NCBI GenBank assembly: GCA_964234715.1
Contig: OZ174281.1
Length of the DNA stretch: 64,000 nt
Strand: one strand, 5' to 3'
From: Podarcis melisellensis
Lineage: Eukaryota
The notes beneath the pieces were generated by a model. It was not told the DNA's origin, searched no databases, and saw only the letters and a list, made by a program, of their open reading frames with translations. Both the position numbers and the translations under genes were made by a program. Shown piece after piece: positions 47,509-60,520 of the stretch. Position 1 is the stretch's first letter; the number at the start of each line of letters is the position of its first letter.

Positions 47509-50013
47509 CTGAAAATCAGAAGAGATTAGAGGAATATAATTCAGATTTTTAGAATAGTCATAGGCATACTTCTGGTCAATGCCCTTTCAGACAAACAACA
47601 ATTGGTTCCATTGTTCCCTGACTGGTTTCCTGTTGACAACAGCCCTGTATTTTATCCATATTCCATGGCCAACCTTCAGTAATAATAATTATATAATAAT
47701 AATTTATTATTTATACTCCGCCCATCTGGCTGAGTCTCCCCAGCCAGTCTGTCCTCCCCCCCCCCTTAGTCAAGAACACTAAATACTTCTTAAGTGATTT
47801 CTAATGTCTGCTCTGCCATACTCTTAAATAAAAAGTATTTTGCGATCTGACCAAGCTATTGCTAAAATTCTACTGTATTTTTGAATGCTCTGAATGGACA
47901 GAGGTTGCTGATTTTGGGAAGGCTACAGCTCGTTAAACCTGACACTGGTATTGATCGGCAGTAATTAATTTCCAATTGCTAATCTCAGAATCCTGCTACT
48001 TTGAGATAAAAGAATGAGCAGGTGATGTCAGTACTGATTTATAGGGTGTTTTATGATAGGTTGAGTATTACAGTAAGCTTTAATAATTACCTTCCTTTCT
48101 CATCTACTTTGTCATTACTGGGACAAAGACTATCCAAAAATGCTTCGGTTTAGACTGCAATCATATACACGCTTACCCCAGTGAACTGAATAGGACTTAT
48201 TTATGAGTAGTTACATATTAGGATCACAGTTATAGTTAGCTTTAAAACTGTTAGAGTGTATTTTCTCTCTCTCGTGAGAGTGGGTGTCAATCAGTACTCT
48301 GGCATTTTCAGAAGATTTCTGTAGCCTCCTTCTAGGAATGTTTATTTCTCTACTTTTTTTCTGCATTCTGTTTCAGTTGTCAAACAGGATGCTGCAGAAT
48401 AAAGTAGTTCAGGATCTTAACTCTACACAGGACAAAGAGAGGCTCTATCAATAATTCTGGACATAAAGCAGAACACTGGAATAATTTCAAAAGCCAAAAG
48501 ATGACATGTCTGGATTTTGTTCCTTGACATGATGCAGTTGACAATCGGTTGTAGATCATTCTCACTTTACATGGTTCAGTGCAATAAATTTGTGAGTCTC
48601 TTCCTTTGAAAGCTCTAGGTCAAATCCTGGTTTAGGACAAAAGCTATCATGTTTGGTTGCATCAGTCAAAAGCTTTCACGCAAATTGGCGTGACTGGCAG
48701 TCTGTGCCCTGAAGTTATTCTTCTGTCTAATGCTGGGTCTATTTCTAGGTCACAGTTGTAGAACCATGCTAGGAGGTGCATATGTGACTGTTTCAGTGTA
48801 TTTCAGCTCCCTCATTCTGGCTTCCGACACTAATATTAGTTCCTTTTGCAATAAAAAGGCATAAACCGCCATATGTTTTCCATGGGGCCCTCTCTGAAAA
48901 TACCTGTGTACTACTCAAATTATCCAACTATTAATAAATTTGAGGTGTTTTAATTATGTGGAATGACGCCCACAATCTTCTCAATTAAGAATCACAATAC
49001 GGGACCCATTTCTAAATAGGTACATTTAAAGGGCCTTTCCACAAGGGGGAATCTGTGCATTGGAATGGCCATTGGAGAAAGACTTTCCATGAAAGCCAGC
49101 AGCCATTGACACTGGAATTGTCAGAAATGCACAAGGAAGAACTAATGTAGCTTTTAATAGACACCTGCCTTGGATCTGCAAAACTGATGATTTCCACAAA
49201 GGAAGAATTGTTATTTGGATTTGGAAACTTGGAAAGCTTTTCACTTTATTAGATGAGGACTAGAGCACCACCTCTCCACCCCTGGACATTTAAAACGATA
49301 TGACAAAGTTCCACCTGCTCTGTTATAGCTTGTCTGTATGGAACCCCCTAAAAAAGTAGGAATCCTCATCAGAACATAAGAGAGAGAAAGACCCTAAAAT
49401 ACCCAGTTTTCTCAGTTGATCTGCAAAAAAAGGAGAAAAACAGAAGCCACTCCCTTTCCACATCAGTCCATTAGAGGAGACTGCAAATAACTAACTTCCA
49501 CTCCCTACACCTTTTGCCCAGGTTCTTCTCACATCCATCGCTCCACTCTTAAAAAGCTTGAAAGTTTCCTTGAAAAGCTGTTGATTCTTTAGAGGCAAAA
49601 TGGCGTCTGGACAGCACCATGTGTCTGAGCTTCAAAACTGGAGTAATGAAGATTGAAGTTAATTGGCCAGGCTTTGAGCGGCCACAACCAAGTGTTTGGC
49701 TAGCAACTGGGCCAGCCAGTCCGTGTCAGTGATGTGCAGAGAATTAGGCCTCTGAAATGGATCTGAGCTCCTTCAGCTATCTTTCCCCTTGGATTTGCAA
49801 GATTTGTCATTTTCTCTACAGCTGCCAAGTACTATGGCCCTATTACAGCAAACAGTTAACCTTCAAATGGCTCTTTTCCTTTCTCCAGCCTGGAAGGAAA
49901 GCCTGGAAGGGTAGTGACACACTATACCGAAAAGCTCTGCATGGTTGCAACATCCGAGCCCATCTGCTTGTCGTTAATAACTAGATTTGGCTGGGTTTTC
50001 GCTTCAAACTTAC

Positions 50014-50204
50014 AAACAATTTGCTCTTGTAGATGTATTTGCTTCTCCCACTGGAGTCCTTCACTTCTTTACTGAAGACCAGCGACATCTCAAAGAGGAA
50101 AAGGTGCCTCTCGCGTCCTTTACGAATGAGAGTTTTGGGGTCCCACACTTGGAAGGATTCCTGAAGGATGAGCTCCCCCTGAGATTCAATGTTCTCATCA
50201 AAAC
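50014..50204 (-). CDS. TRIO: TRIO coding exon (PH1), 191 nt
   Basis: ttcctag|GT TTT GAT...TTT|gtaagt; FDENIESQGELILQESFQVWDPKTLIRKGRERHLFLFEMSLVFSKEVKDSSGRSKYIYKSKLF. Confidence 0.97.
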
Positions 50205-52337
50205 CTAGGAAGAAAGTTGGAACAGTTGAAAAAAGCAAAGAGAAACGGAGGCTGGTGGGGAGCCAAAAAGCTCTATTTTAGTGACAAAGCTTCCTACACT
50301 CTCTTACCTTAGCAGTTTTTGAACTAGTTCTGGGAAACCACTGGACTTCCTCAGAAGCCTTTAATGCACCCCCCATGACAAGGTTATTAATGATGGACAA
50401 GCTAGTTACCTCTAAGATAAGTAATCTACATAATGAACATGTCCTTGCAGGGGTTTTCCTGGAAGTCCCCTGCCTCAATACTTTGTTACAGTCTCGTAAG
50501 TACTCAATAAAGCTACCAACATATTTTAATGTATTATTTAGCATTTAATTTCACACTAAACACTATTTCCATTTTGCAAAACTTCAATGAAGTTGTCTCT
50601 CCCTCCCCCCCCCCCAAAATGTGATTACAAGCTACTTTGCAATGGACATTTCTAATAACAGTTTTGACTCAACTGATTCTCAACCAAAAATGGTTCCAGA
50701 ACTTCCAAAATTGTGCTTCATTTCAACCTGCTAGGGATGGACTGCATGCATAAATACAATGCCTCTTTAGAAAAGCTAATATGGCTTCATGTAGCAGTTC
50801 TTAAAACTAGTGTCTCCCAAATAGCCATTTGGAATGTAGCTGCTACCTTGAATTTACAAACCCATAAAGGAGCTGTGAAAATAAGGGGAATCAATCATGA
50901 TTACTTAAAAGTTCATTCCCTATTATTAAGTGGGAGATGCTTTGATTTATTAGCTCCATATAAAAGGTATTCAGTCCGCAGTAAAGACACAAGCCAATGG
51001 TTTAACGTGGCTGAAGCTTTTTATACTTTCCAAAGAGCATCAACCAAAGACAGAGCCGGCTTGAAATAGTGAAACACAATTTCCATCACATCCATCCCTG
51101 CCTCGCCAAACTGAAAATGTATGTATATGGTAGTAAGGAACTGTTCACTTTAATAAAGTCTAATATATAATCCATCAAAGGACACAAGTATCAACAGATG
51201 GATTTGGAGCCGTAGAAATCAGCTCCTAAAAGGAAATGCTTTCACTTGAGATGTCAACATGTCAACTATGCAAATGTTCAACAGAGCTTGTTTAAAAGGC
51301 TGACCTGTGTAAAAGAAATATTGGAATATTCCATAAAGCCTGCCCACATGCTTCCTGACAAGGCAACTACTAATGCTAGATTTCATAGTCACTGCAACAT
51401 TTCTGCTTAAATATGTGGTAGTAAAGGCCTCACAAACTACTACTGATATAAATTACTCAGGGCTTAGAAACTGTGCAAAGTGACAGACCATGAAAGCAAG
51501 AATAAAAGGTTTACTTAGGGAAGTGATTGTTTATTGAGGAAAAGGTTTCCAAAAAAGTTCACTTTTGAACTAAAAAACTAAGCATGCAGACAGGCATAAA
51601 ATGTAACTGCGAAAGTTGGTTTTTCAATCAGACGCCATCAGTTTTTTTTAAAAAAACTGAACATGTGACATCTTTTAAGCAGGAACTCAAGTTATGGGAA
51701 GGTCAAAATAAAGATTTAAGATGAAATATTCTAGAAAGCATTGACCAGGTACGTTATTAAAAACAGAACCCTTCAACTGGTTGTCATTGTAAAAGATGAA
51801 AAAAGCAGCAATCACACACATTTTTTGATACTTATAACAAATATTTTAATTGACCAATGAAATGCCTACATAAATTTCTCCTCCGCAGAACCCTCAAAAT
51901 TCACCTCAAAGAAGTAATTTGGCGATGATTCTACCACAACCAAGATGCTGTTTGAATATAAATGGACTGTGTGCCACAAACTGGCTGCTTAGTGATTTCA
52001 CTGTGGGCCTGATCTCTTATTATCTGGTTGCATATCCCTCTACTGGTAAGAAATGAGTTGTACAATAAAAAGGCCTTCCCTATTACCAATGTATGAACAA
52101 CCTGAACCCAGACTGTGGAAGTGGAACCTCATGGTCCAGCAGACTATTTCAGTGTGGTTGGAGCAATGGCAAGCACAATTTCTAAAGCTGTTTTCCAGGT
52201 TACAAAACCTTCCCTGGTCACCTGGAGGTGATGTTTGCTTGCCACAGGCGGTCATGCAAATAGGTTTTTACCCAGAGCTGCTGTTGAGTTCTTAGAAAGA
52301 AGTTTTCACAGAGGAAAGTGAATGCCCTGGACCCTAC

Positions 52338-52449
52338 CTTCCAGCATGCTGAGATGCATGGCATCGTTTGCTCGCTTTGGCACACTTAGCATCACTTCTA
52401 AGCCGTCTTTAATTTCTCCTTTACCTTCCTCACAGCAAGTGAGCAGCTC
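52338..52449 (-). CDS. TRIO: TRIO coding exon (end of DH1), 112 nt
   Basis: ttgcag|GAG...GAA G|gtaggg; [37 protein letters not shown](G). Confidence 0.97.
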
Positions 52450-52594
52450 CTGCAAAGACATCAGCATCATTTATTACAGTGCTTATCACGCTTGGATCTC
52501 TCTGTTTTTACAAATCTGTATACTGCTTTTCACATCACATCACATCACATCACATCACCTTGCCAACAAAAGTCCATATAAAGCTATATTTTTC

Positions 52595-53019
52595 CCATGT
52601 ATGGAAGTGAGAGCTGGACCATAAAGAAGGCTGATCGCTGAAGAATTGATGCTTTTGAATTATGGTGCTGGAGGAGACTCTTGAGAGTCCCATGGACTGC
52701 AAGAAGATCCAACCTATCCATTCTGAAGGAAATCAGCCCTGAGTGCTCACTGGAAGGACAGATCCTGAAGCTGAGGCTCCAATACTTTGGCCACCTCATG
52801 AGAAGAGAAGACTCCCCTGGAAAAGACCCTGATGTTGGGAAAGATGGAGGGCACAAGGAGAAGGGGAAGACAGAGTACGAGATGGTTGGACAGTGTTCTT
52901 GATGCTACTAACATGATTTTGACCAAACTGCGGGAGGCAGTGGAAGACAGGAGTGCCTGGCGTGCTCTGGTCCATGGGGTCACAAAGAGTCAGACATGAC
53001 TAAACGACTGAACAACAAA
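52595..53019 (+). mobile_element. BovB/RTE LINE 3' end
   Basis: ESWTIKKADR...WCWRRLLRVPWTARRSNLSILKEISPECSLEGQILKLRLQYFGHLMRRE; tail actgaacaacaa. Confidence 0.93.
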
Positions 53020-53589
53020 TACTGCTTTTCAAGAAAAATTATTCCCAAAGTGGTTTACAAGCCGCAGATCAAACATACAATAGAATACAATTCAAGCCTC
53101 AATAAATAATACAAGAAACTCCACCATGTGAATCTCAAAACAGATTTCAGAACATTACTGTGTGACAAGAGGACGGACACTGATCTAACATAATATAAAA
53201 TTAGCAAAATCAGGTGAAAATACTGGCTCTGAAACTCAAGATAAAGTAAGCTGCTAAAGGCTGTACTAAAATCTTCAAGGCCCATTTGAAACCTTCAGGG
53301 GATGGAGATTGTCTGATGTCAGATGGAATCACAATCCCCCATTGTGATGCTGTCAGTCAGTCTACTCTGATTGGCAATGACTGTACAGAACCTCAAGGCA
53401 GAGATCCTTCCCAGTGGAAGTAACCCAAGAGCTTTTAACTGGAGATACGAGTGTTCAAATGTGGGATTTTATCAGTGCAAAGCATGCACTTTTGCTCAGC
53501 TATGGCTCATCTCCATAGGTCACAATGTCCAGGGTTTCAGAGGAGGCTAAGAAACAGCCTTAAGTATTGGAAACTCTGCTCTCCCGCTA

Positions 53590-53826
53590 CAGTGGTACCT
53601 CGGGTTACATACGCTTCAGGTTATATACGCTTCAGGTTACAGACTCCACTAACCCAGAAATAGTGCTTCAGGTTAAGAACTTTGCTTCAGGATGAGAACA
53701 GAAATTGTGCTCTGGCGGCGTGACGGCAGCGGGAGGCCCCATTAGCTAAAGTGGTGCTTCAGGTTAAGAACAGTTTCAGGTTAAGAACGGACCTCGGAAT
53801 GAATTAAGTACTTAACCCGAGGTACT
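53590..53826. mobile_element. Tigger-like MITE (right TIR truncated)
   Basis: TA-cagtggtacctcggg...acccgaggtac. Confidence 0.85.
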
Positions 53827-54308
53827 TATTCCTTTCACAAAAACCAACAGTAAAGCTTGTTAGCACCTGAGAACCGTCAAAAAAGGGGAAACTTCAAGGG
53901 AAAAAACTGGGGCACGAAAATCAGCAGCGTTATGTACAAACCCTGCCCCCAGCACCCTTTGGAAATAATTCAGGAAGCACAGACTGCTTTTCTGAATGTC
54001 AAGACAACTGAAAACTCACCTACTCTCCAAAGAAGACCTGGAGCATATCAGGTCCCTACTGCAGAGCCCAATGTGATCTCTGCTGTTCCCCAAATTACTG
54101 GGGAAATGGAGAACAGCAGGATGGGGCAATGTTACGCTACTGGCAAGGCTTTGCATGAATGCTATTTATGAGCATATAACCACATTCCCAGAACTCCCAG
54201 AACTCAGGGCCTGGATGTCAGCATGCTGTGCCAACACCCCAAGTGTCTCAAAAAGTTAGGGAAAAAGAGATGGCAGGTAAGGCTGGTTCAGTTGTCAGAT
54301 ATTGGTAG

Positions 54309-54475
54309 TTACAGATAGGTAGCCGTGTTGGTCTGCCATAGTCAAAACAAAAAAAATTCCTTCCAGTAGCACCTTAAAGACCAACTAAGTCAGTTCTTGG
54401 TATGAGCTTTCGTGTGCATGCACACTTCTTCAGATACACAGTGTTTAAGGTGCTACTGGAAGGAATTTTTTTTGT
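54309..54475. mobile_element. Penelope-like element fragment with an inverted segment
   Basis: gtagccgtgttggtctg...gagctttcgtgtgcatgcacacttcttcag; 54444-54475 is the reverse complement of 54347-54378; 14-bp TSD tcagatattggtag at 54295-54308 and 54476-54489. Confidence 0.8.
54400..54437 (-). ncRNA. Minimal type I hammerhead ribozyme (Penelope-associated)
   Basis: GUAU CUGAAGA A GUGUGC AU GCACAC GAAA GC UC AUAC: conserved core, helix I GUAU/AUAC, helix II, palindromic AGCU helix III. Confidence 0.7.
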
Positions 54476-55998
54476 TCAGATATTGGTAGGTCAGTCCCAG
54501 AGGGATTTGAGTTTGACCCTGGTTGGACCAGATGGAGAGGGGCATTGGATGTCAGGAAATCAATGTGCGAAGCAGTGGTCCTGTCGGAGCAGGACTCTGG
54601 GGCAGAAGTTCAGGACCCCACTCACTCAATGGAAGAAGCAGGGGACCGAAAGCACGGCAGGGTTATCTTACCATGTTTTTAAGCAAGCAAAGCGATACCC
54701 ATTGCCATCTAAAAAGCACTCTCCAATAAATAAATGAATGAATGCGGACATTAAGCCTGAAGTCTTCAAATTACTCAACTATACCATGGGTCTGAATTTC
54801 TCCCCACATTTAGAATTCTGCCCCATCATTGAATTATAAACAAGCCCCACTGCTTTTATCTAAGAGGCTAGTATAAAAACTTCAGCAAACACTACCTTAG
54901 CCTTTCGGTATAAAGAATGCCTGAGGTTTCTCAAAAGGCTATTAATTTGTTTCAGAAAAAACTAGATTACTGTATTCCAGAAAAAACTAGATTACTTTGG
55001 GGTCCCCCCCGCCACTGTGAGACTTAAAAGGGATTCAAAGGAGATGGATTAAGTGCATCTAATACAATACAGAAAAGTTGCTTGGATGTCACAAATTTCA
55101 TTTGGTAGACAATTTCATTCATGGGCAGGTTCTCAAGTCTCTTGCCTAGTTATTCATACACAGCTTCTACCATCTGCCAAGCCTCCTTTAATTGCTTTTA
55201 ATGGATTTTGGGGTCCCTGGACACTCTGCTGAGCAGGTGTGCAATAACCTTGCTCTCTGAAGCATATTGGAAAGACGGGATCCCTCTCTGCTGCTGACTA
55301 CACAGAGGAAGGAAGGATGCAAGGGAAGGTAAGCAACATGTTTAATTAAAACCACAAAAGAGAGGTGGGGGCAAGACTGTAAGCAAGCAACAAGACTTAA
55401 TTTATGAATAAAGTGAAGTGCCTGTGAATAAGCAAGAGCAGTAACACATACGCTAAGCACGTTCCCCTTTGTCTCCAATTACATATTCTAGATTTTATTA
55501 GGCACACTGATTTGTCCAGGCGGCAACAGGAGCCAAACAAGGGCACTTTTCCTTTCGATTTCGTACGCTCAGGCCAATTGGGATGAACCCCAGTTCTTCC
55601 TTGACTTTTCCTCCCGACGACTTCACAAACCAGGCGAAACCTTGCCAAGCAAGGCGCTCCTTGCATGAATTGACTGACACAGTAACTGACTTTTCTGTGG
55701 CTGCTTGCCAAGTAAAAACTTCCTGGTGGGGCCGTCGCCGCCAAAGGGGAGACACCAAAGAGCGTCGTCTCTGTGGTGGCAGCACTTCGAGGGTGGAACA
55801 AGGGTGTGGGGCCAGCCCCCTTGTGTTAAAATTACTGTTTTAACAAGGATGAGGATTTAACTTGCGTGGGTGTTGTTTTATTTGGAGGGTTGGGTTGTTT
55901 TAAATTGTTGTTAAATGTTATATGTTAATTTAGGTTTTTCCATCCATAGGTTGGAGTATTGTTTAGGAGCTTTTATTGGGGAGTATGTTGTTTATAAG

Positions 55999-56348
55999 GG
56001 GCACAGGTGGCGCTGTGGGTTAAACCACAGAGCCTAGGACTTGCCGATCAGAAGGTCGGCGGTTCGAATCCCCGCAACGGGGTGAGCTCCCGTTGCTCGG
56101 TCCCTGCTCCTGCCAATCTAGCAGTTTGAAAGCATGCCAAAAAGTGCAAGTAGATAAATAGGTACCGCTCCAGCAGGAAGGTAAACGGCGTTTCCGTGCG
56201 CTGCTCTGGTTCGCCAGAAGCGCCTTAGTCATGCTGGCCACATGACCCGGAAGCTGTACGCCGGCTCCCTCGGCCAACAAAGTGAGATGAGCGCCGCAAC
56301 CCCAGAGTCGGTCATGACTGGACCTAATGGTCAGGGGTCCCTGACCTT
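55999..56348 (+). mobile_element. Sauria SINE nested in an L2-like tail
   Basis: 15-bp TSD tatgttgtttataag at 55984-55998 and 56349-56363. Confidence 0.95.
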
Positions 56349-56573
56349 TATGTTGTTTATAAGTGTGTATACATCAGTACTGTTCTATTGTTTTGATTAT
56401 TTTTATTTCGTATTTTGTGCTTCATATATTGTGAACTGTCCCAAGACCATGAATATAGGGCAGTATACAATTTTTTTAAACAACAACAACAACGTTTGAA
56501 GTTCATTTAGCAGCTTGTTTAGCCTCATGTCTGACAATATGGGTCCTTTGTCCTGTATGCCCAAAACACTATA

Positions 56574-56815
56574 CAGCCGTACCTTGGTTTTCAAACAGCT
56601 TAGTTCTCGAACATTTTGGCTCCTGAATGCCGCAAACCTGGAACTGTTTTTGGAACTGTTTTTGGAAGCTGAATGTCTGCCAGGGCTTCCGTAGCTTCCG
56701 ACTGGCTGCAGGAGCTTTCTGCAGCCAATCAGAAGCCACGCTTTGGTTTCCAAATGTTTTGGAAGTCGAATGCGACTTCTGGAACGGATTCCGTTCAACT
56801 TCCAAGGTATGACTG
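56574..56815. mobile_element. Tigger-like MITE
   Basis: TA-cagccgtaccttgg...ccaaggtatgactg-TA. Confidence 0.82.
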
Positions 56816-57190
56816 TAATAAGAGGAGCTGCATGGCTAGGAAAGTGTTCACACTGGCCAGTGTGGGAGCAGCCCCAGGGGTCATTGTAACCATGCTGATT
56901 GGCAGGTGTTAAAAGGGGGTGAAAGACTGTGCCCCAAATGGAGATCAGATGCCTGCACTCGCTGCCACATCTAGGCTGGACTACAGCAATGCTCTGCACA
57001 TGGGGCTGCACATGGGGCTGAAGAGTGCTGGAGACTGAAGCTAGTGAGGACACTAGGTGCCAAAGGCACATCACTCTGACATTATTTGATCTGCCTTGGT
57101 TCCTGGCTTGTTTCTGAGACAAATTCAAAAGTGTTGGATGTCACCTTTAAAGTCCTAAATGGTTTTGGGCTGCAGTATTTAAAGCATCAA

Positions 57191-57537
57191 GGGACACGGG
57201 TGGCGCTGTGGGTTAAACCACAGATCCTAGGATTTGCCGATCAGAAAGTCGGCAGTTCGAATCCCCGCGACGGGGTGAGCTCCTGTGGTTCGGTCCCAGC
57301 TCCAGCCAACCTAGCAGTTCGAAAGCACGTCAAAGTGCAAGTAGATAAATAGGTACCGCTCCGGCAGGAAGGTAAACGACGTTTCCGTGTACTGCTCTGG
57401 TTCGCCAGAAGCGGCTTAGTCATGCTGGCCACATGACCCGGAAGCTGTACTCTGGCTCCCTCGGCCAATAAAGCGAGATGAGCGCCGCAACCCCAGAGTC
57501 GGCCATGATTGGACCTAATGGTCAGGGGTCCCACCAC
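57191..57537 (+). mobile_element. Sauria SINE
   Basis: consensus body; TSD atttaaagcatc. Confidence 0.95.
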
Positions 57538-58435
57538 ATTTAAAGCATCGCCTGATCCTATCTCCCTACCTACTAAGCTCTTTGGAACAGGATCTCTAGG
57601 GCGGCACGGGGGGGGGGAGGCTTTCTGGGAATTCCTCCCCCCAGAAGCTCATCAAGCATCTTTCAGGAAGTTCAATAATGGCTTCAATGGTCTGTTTGCT
57701 CTGATCAGACCCTTGTCTGGCTCTCTGCCCACTGATGGTTTTGTTTTTGTGCTGCTGAACATTTTACACTGTTTACTGTTGTTTTAAATTTGTATTTTAT
57801 GGTTTGCTGTAAATTGCTTCAAGTGGGGCCCTTTGGGTCAGAATTCAACCAAAGTACAACTGCATGGGATTGAAGCTCCTCATTTATTCATTAAAGACTT
57901 TTAATCTTCCTCATCCCCAAACACTTATGCTTTAAAAAAAGTTATATATTATTTAAAAACATTTAATTGAATGCCATTAAAAACCTAAATCTAAATGTGG
58001 TCCTGAAAATCCACTTAGCACAGAACACATGCTTCACATGGCGAACGTCACCGCTCTGTTTTTCCTGGTACATCCCATCAAACATTTGCAAAACGGGAAG
58101 CAGTACATAACCTATAGAAGACATACATGCATACACTGTTTGGACAGGTGTCCTGGATTCATGTACAAGATGTAGAACTGCACTGCTGTGCATGTTGTAG
58201 GAATCGTGTTGCCTGCATGAAGTGTAGACTGCAGCAGTTTACTTTAGAAATGTACTTTCTGAAAGAACCCTATGACAATTTATCACCCTTTTTTTAAAGA
58301 GTAAAGGATTTATGTCCTTCATAACTGACACAATAATCCTATTTTGTACCTCAATATCCACACTCCGATACATAAGATGTTTGAAGCAGCATCTTTTTGA
58401 GTGTAAAGGGTACCCACCCACACATCTGGGGGCTA

Positions 58436-58591
<156 letters not shown>

Positions 58592-58957
58592 TTAGAAAGT
58601 TTGCAGCAGCACTCTCTGTTTCAAGAACGGGAGCAGATCTCACAGTAGTTATGCATCTGTATTATGAGATCGAAAGTCTGTTTACAATTTTTAGGTGGAG
58701 TCTACATTGGTTTAGTTAAAGCAAGTACCACTAAGTTCCATGGGGGTTATCCAAGTGCGAACAGGACTGTAACCTCTTTCACACAAAACAGAATTATGGA
58801 TGGCAAGTAAGCCACTCATTATGAAGAGCGTTATTTACTAGAATTCCCACCATGGGCAGGATGAGAAAAGACATAGGCAACTAAAAAAATAATACACACA
58901 ACTCTTGGTAGAGTTAGAGTGTTGGCTCGGCCAACCTAATCAGTTGGGAGCAGTACA

Positions 58958-59010
<53 letters not shown>

Positions 59011-59035
59011 CATAAATAAATAAATAAAATAATAA
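58958..59035. repeat. (AAT)n/(AAAT)n microsatellite
   Basis: direct tandem repeat. Confidence 0.95.
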
Positions 59036-59924
59036 ATATATTAATAGTGCAATGCCATGAAAGTTGGGTAGTGTTAACAGAAGGCAAGTGTTACTTGCTT
59101 TTCATCAGCGTAACACGGAAATGTTCAGACGTGTTGCAGTTATGATGAGAACCAAGCATGAGTTTTCAAATTCTTTCCCCAAAAGCCCCTTGCTCTCTTG
59201 GTACCCTGCAGTCTCTGTCTTTTGTGTTGTAAGCTCCTTGATTACCTTCCTTTTAATTTCTTTTTAATGAAGTGATTTTTTTAAGCACGCACACGCCTAA
59301 AGAAAACGCACACAAAATACGATATACCAAATCCAACATCCACCCGCATGCTTACTATTTTTATTTACATGCCGTATCGTATTCTCATCCATTCCAAGGG
59401 GAAATACAATCAACCATTCCTCTACAGTATTTATTCTGGTTGCAGAAATGGGAACATTGGGAGTTGGATGGGAGGGCGACAGCCTATGAATGCGATCTGC
59501 CGTTTTAAGGACTGCTTATTGTACCAGAGAGGACGTTTTTCTTTTCTTTTATAAGACCCTGAAAGCCAGCAGAGGGAGCTATGAGTTTCAAAAACAAATA
59601 GAATAATGCATGAATGTGGTGGGTTGCATTTAGAGAAGCGCCCATGTGAAGTCTAAAGTCCATTTAGTCTAGCATCCTGTTCTCACAGTGGGAAACCTGT
59701 AAGATGGTATTAAATTGTTGGGGGCTGAAACAAAACAATTCAAGAACTTCCCTTCCTGGTGCCATTTCATACTTCCTGGAGACCTTCATTGGGCTTCTAG
59801 GGTCCATCCCACCTGCTCCTTTGCTTTTAATTTAAAAACGAACACACTTCTGCATACTTAAGGAGCTACTGTTACCTTATATGTGGGTGGAGCCATTTTA
59901 CGTCCAAAGTAATAGGCACTTGAC

Positions 59925-60160
59925 CACCCAAGTTTGCTTCCATATGAACCTACCCGGACCCTGAGATCATCTTCTGAGGCCCTTTTTCATCTGCCTCCTC
60001 CACAAGAGGTCTGGAGGGTGGCAACACGACAAGGGCCTTTTCTGCAGTGGCTCCTCATTTGTGGAATGTTCTCCGCAGGGAGGTTCGCCTGGTGCCTTCA
60101 TTATACACCTTTCAGCGCCAGGCAAAAACGTTCCTTTTTAACCAGGTCTTTGGTTGATCT
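59925..60160 (+). mobile_element. L2 LINE 3' fragment
   Basis: PYEPTRTLRSS...SVVAPHLWN-like L2 ORF2 C-terminus (frameshifted). Confidence 0.75.
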
Positions 60161-60161
60161 A

Positions 60162-60520
60162 GGGACGCGGGTGGCGCTGTGGGCTAAACCACAGAGCCTA
60201 GGACTTGCCTATCAGAAGGTCGGCGGTTCGAATCCCCGCGACGGGGTAAGCTCCCGTTGCTCAGTCCCTGCTTCTGCCAACCTACCAGTTCAAAAGCACG
60301 TCAAAGTGCAAGTAGATAAATAGGTACCACTCAGGTGGGAAGGTAAATGGCATTTCCGTGTGCTGTTCTGGTTCACCAGAAGCGGCTTAGTCATGCTGGC
60401 CACATGACCCGGAAGCGGTATGCCGGCTCCGTTGGCCAATAAAGCGAGATGAGCGCTGCAACCCCAGAGTCGGTCACAACTGGACCTAATGGTCAGGGGT
60501 CCCTTTACCTTTACTTTACC
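60162..60520 (+). mobile_element. Sauria SINE nested in L2
   Basis: TSD ttggttgatct at 60150-60160 and 60521-60531. Confidence 0.95.

Noticed and set aside
55490-55810. CpG-richer patch with several overlapping ORFs
   Set aside because: No convincing acceptor/donor pair in a TRIO-compatible phase and no known motif
56403-57128. 241-aa minus-strand ORF
   Set aside because: Runs across a MITE and decayed L2 pieces; a chance composite
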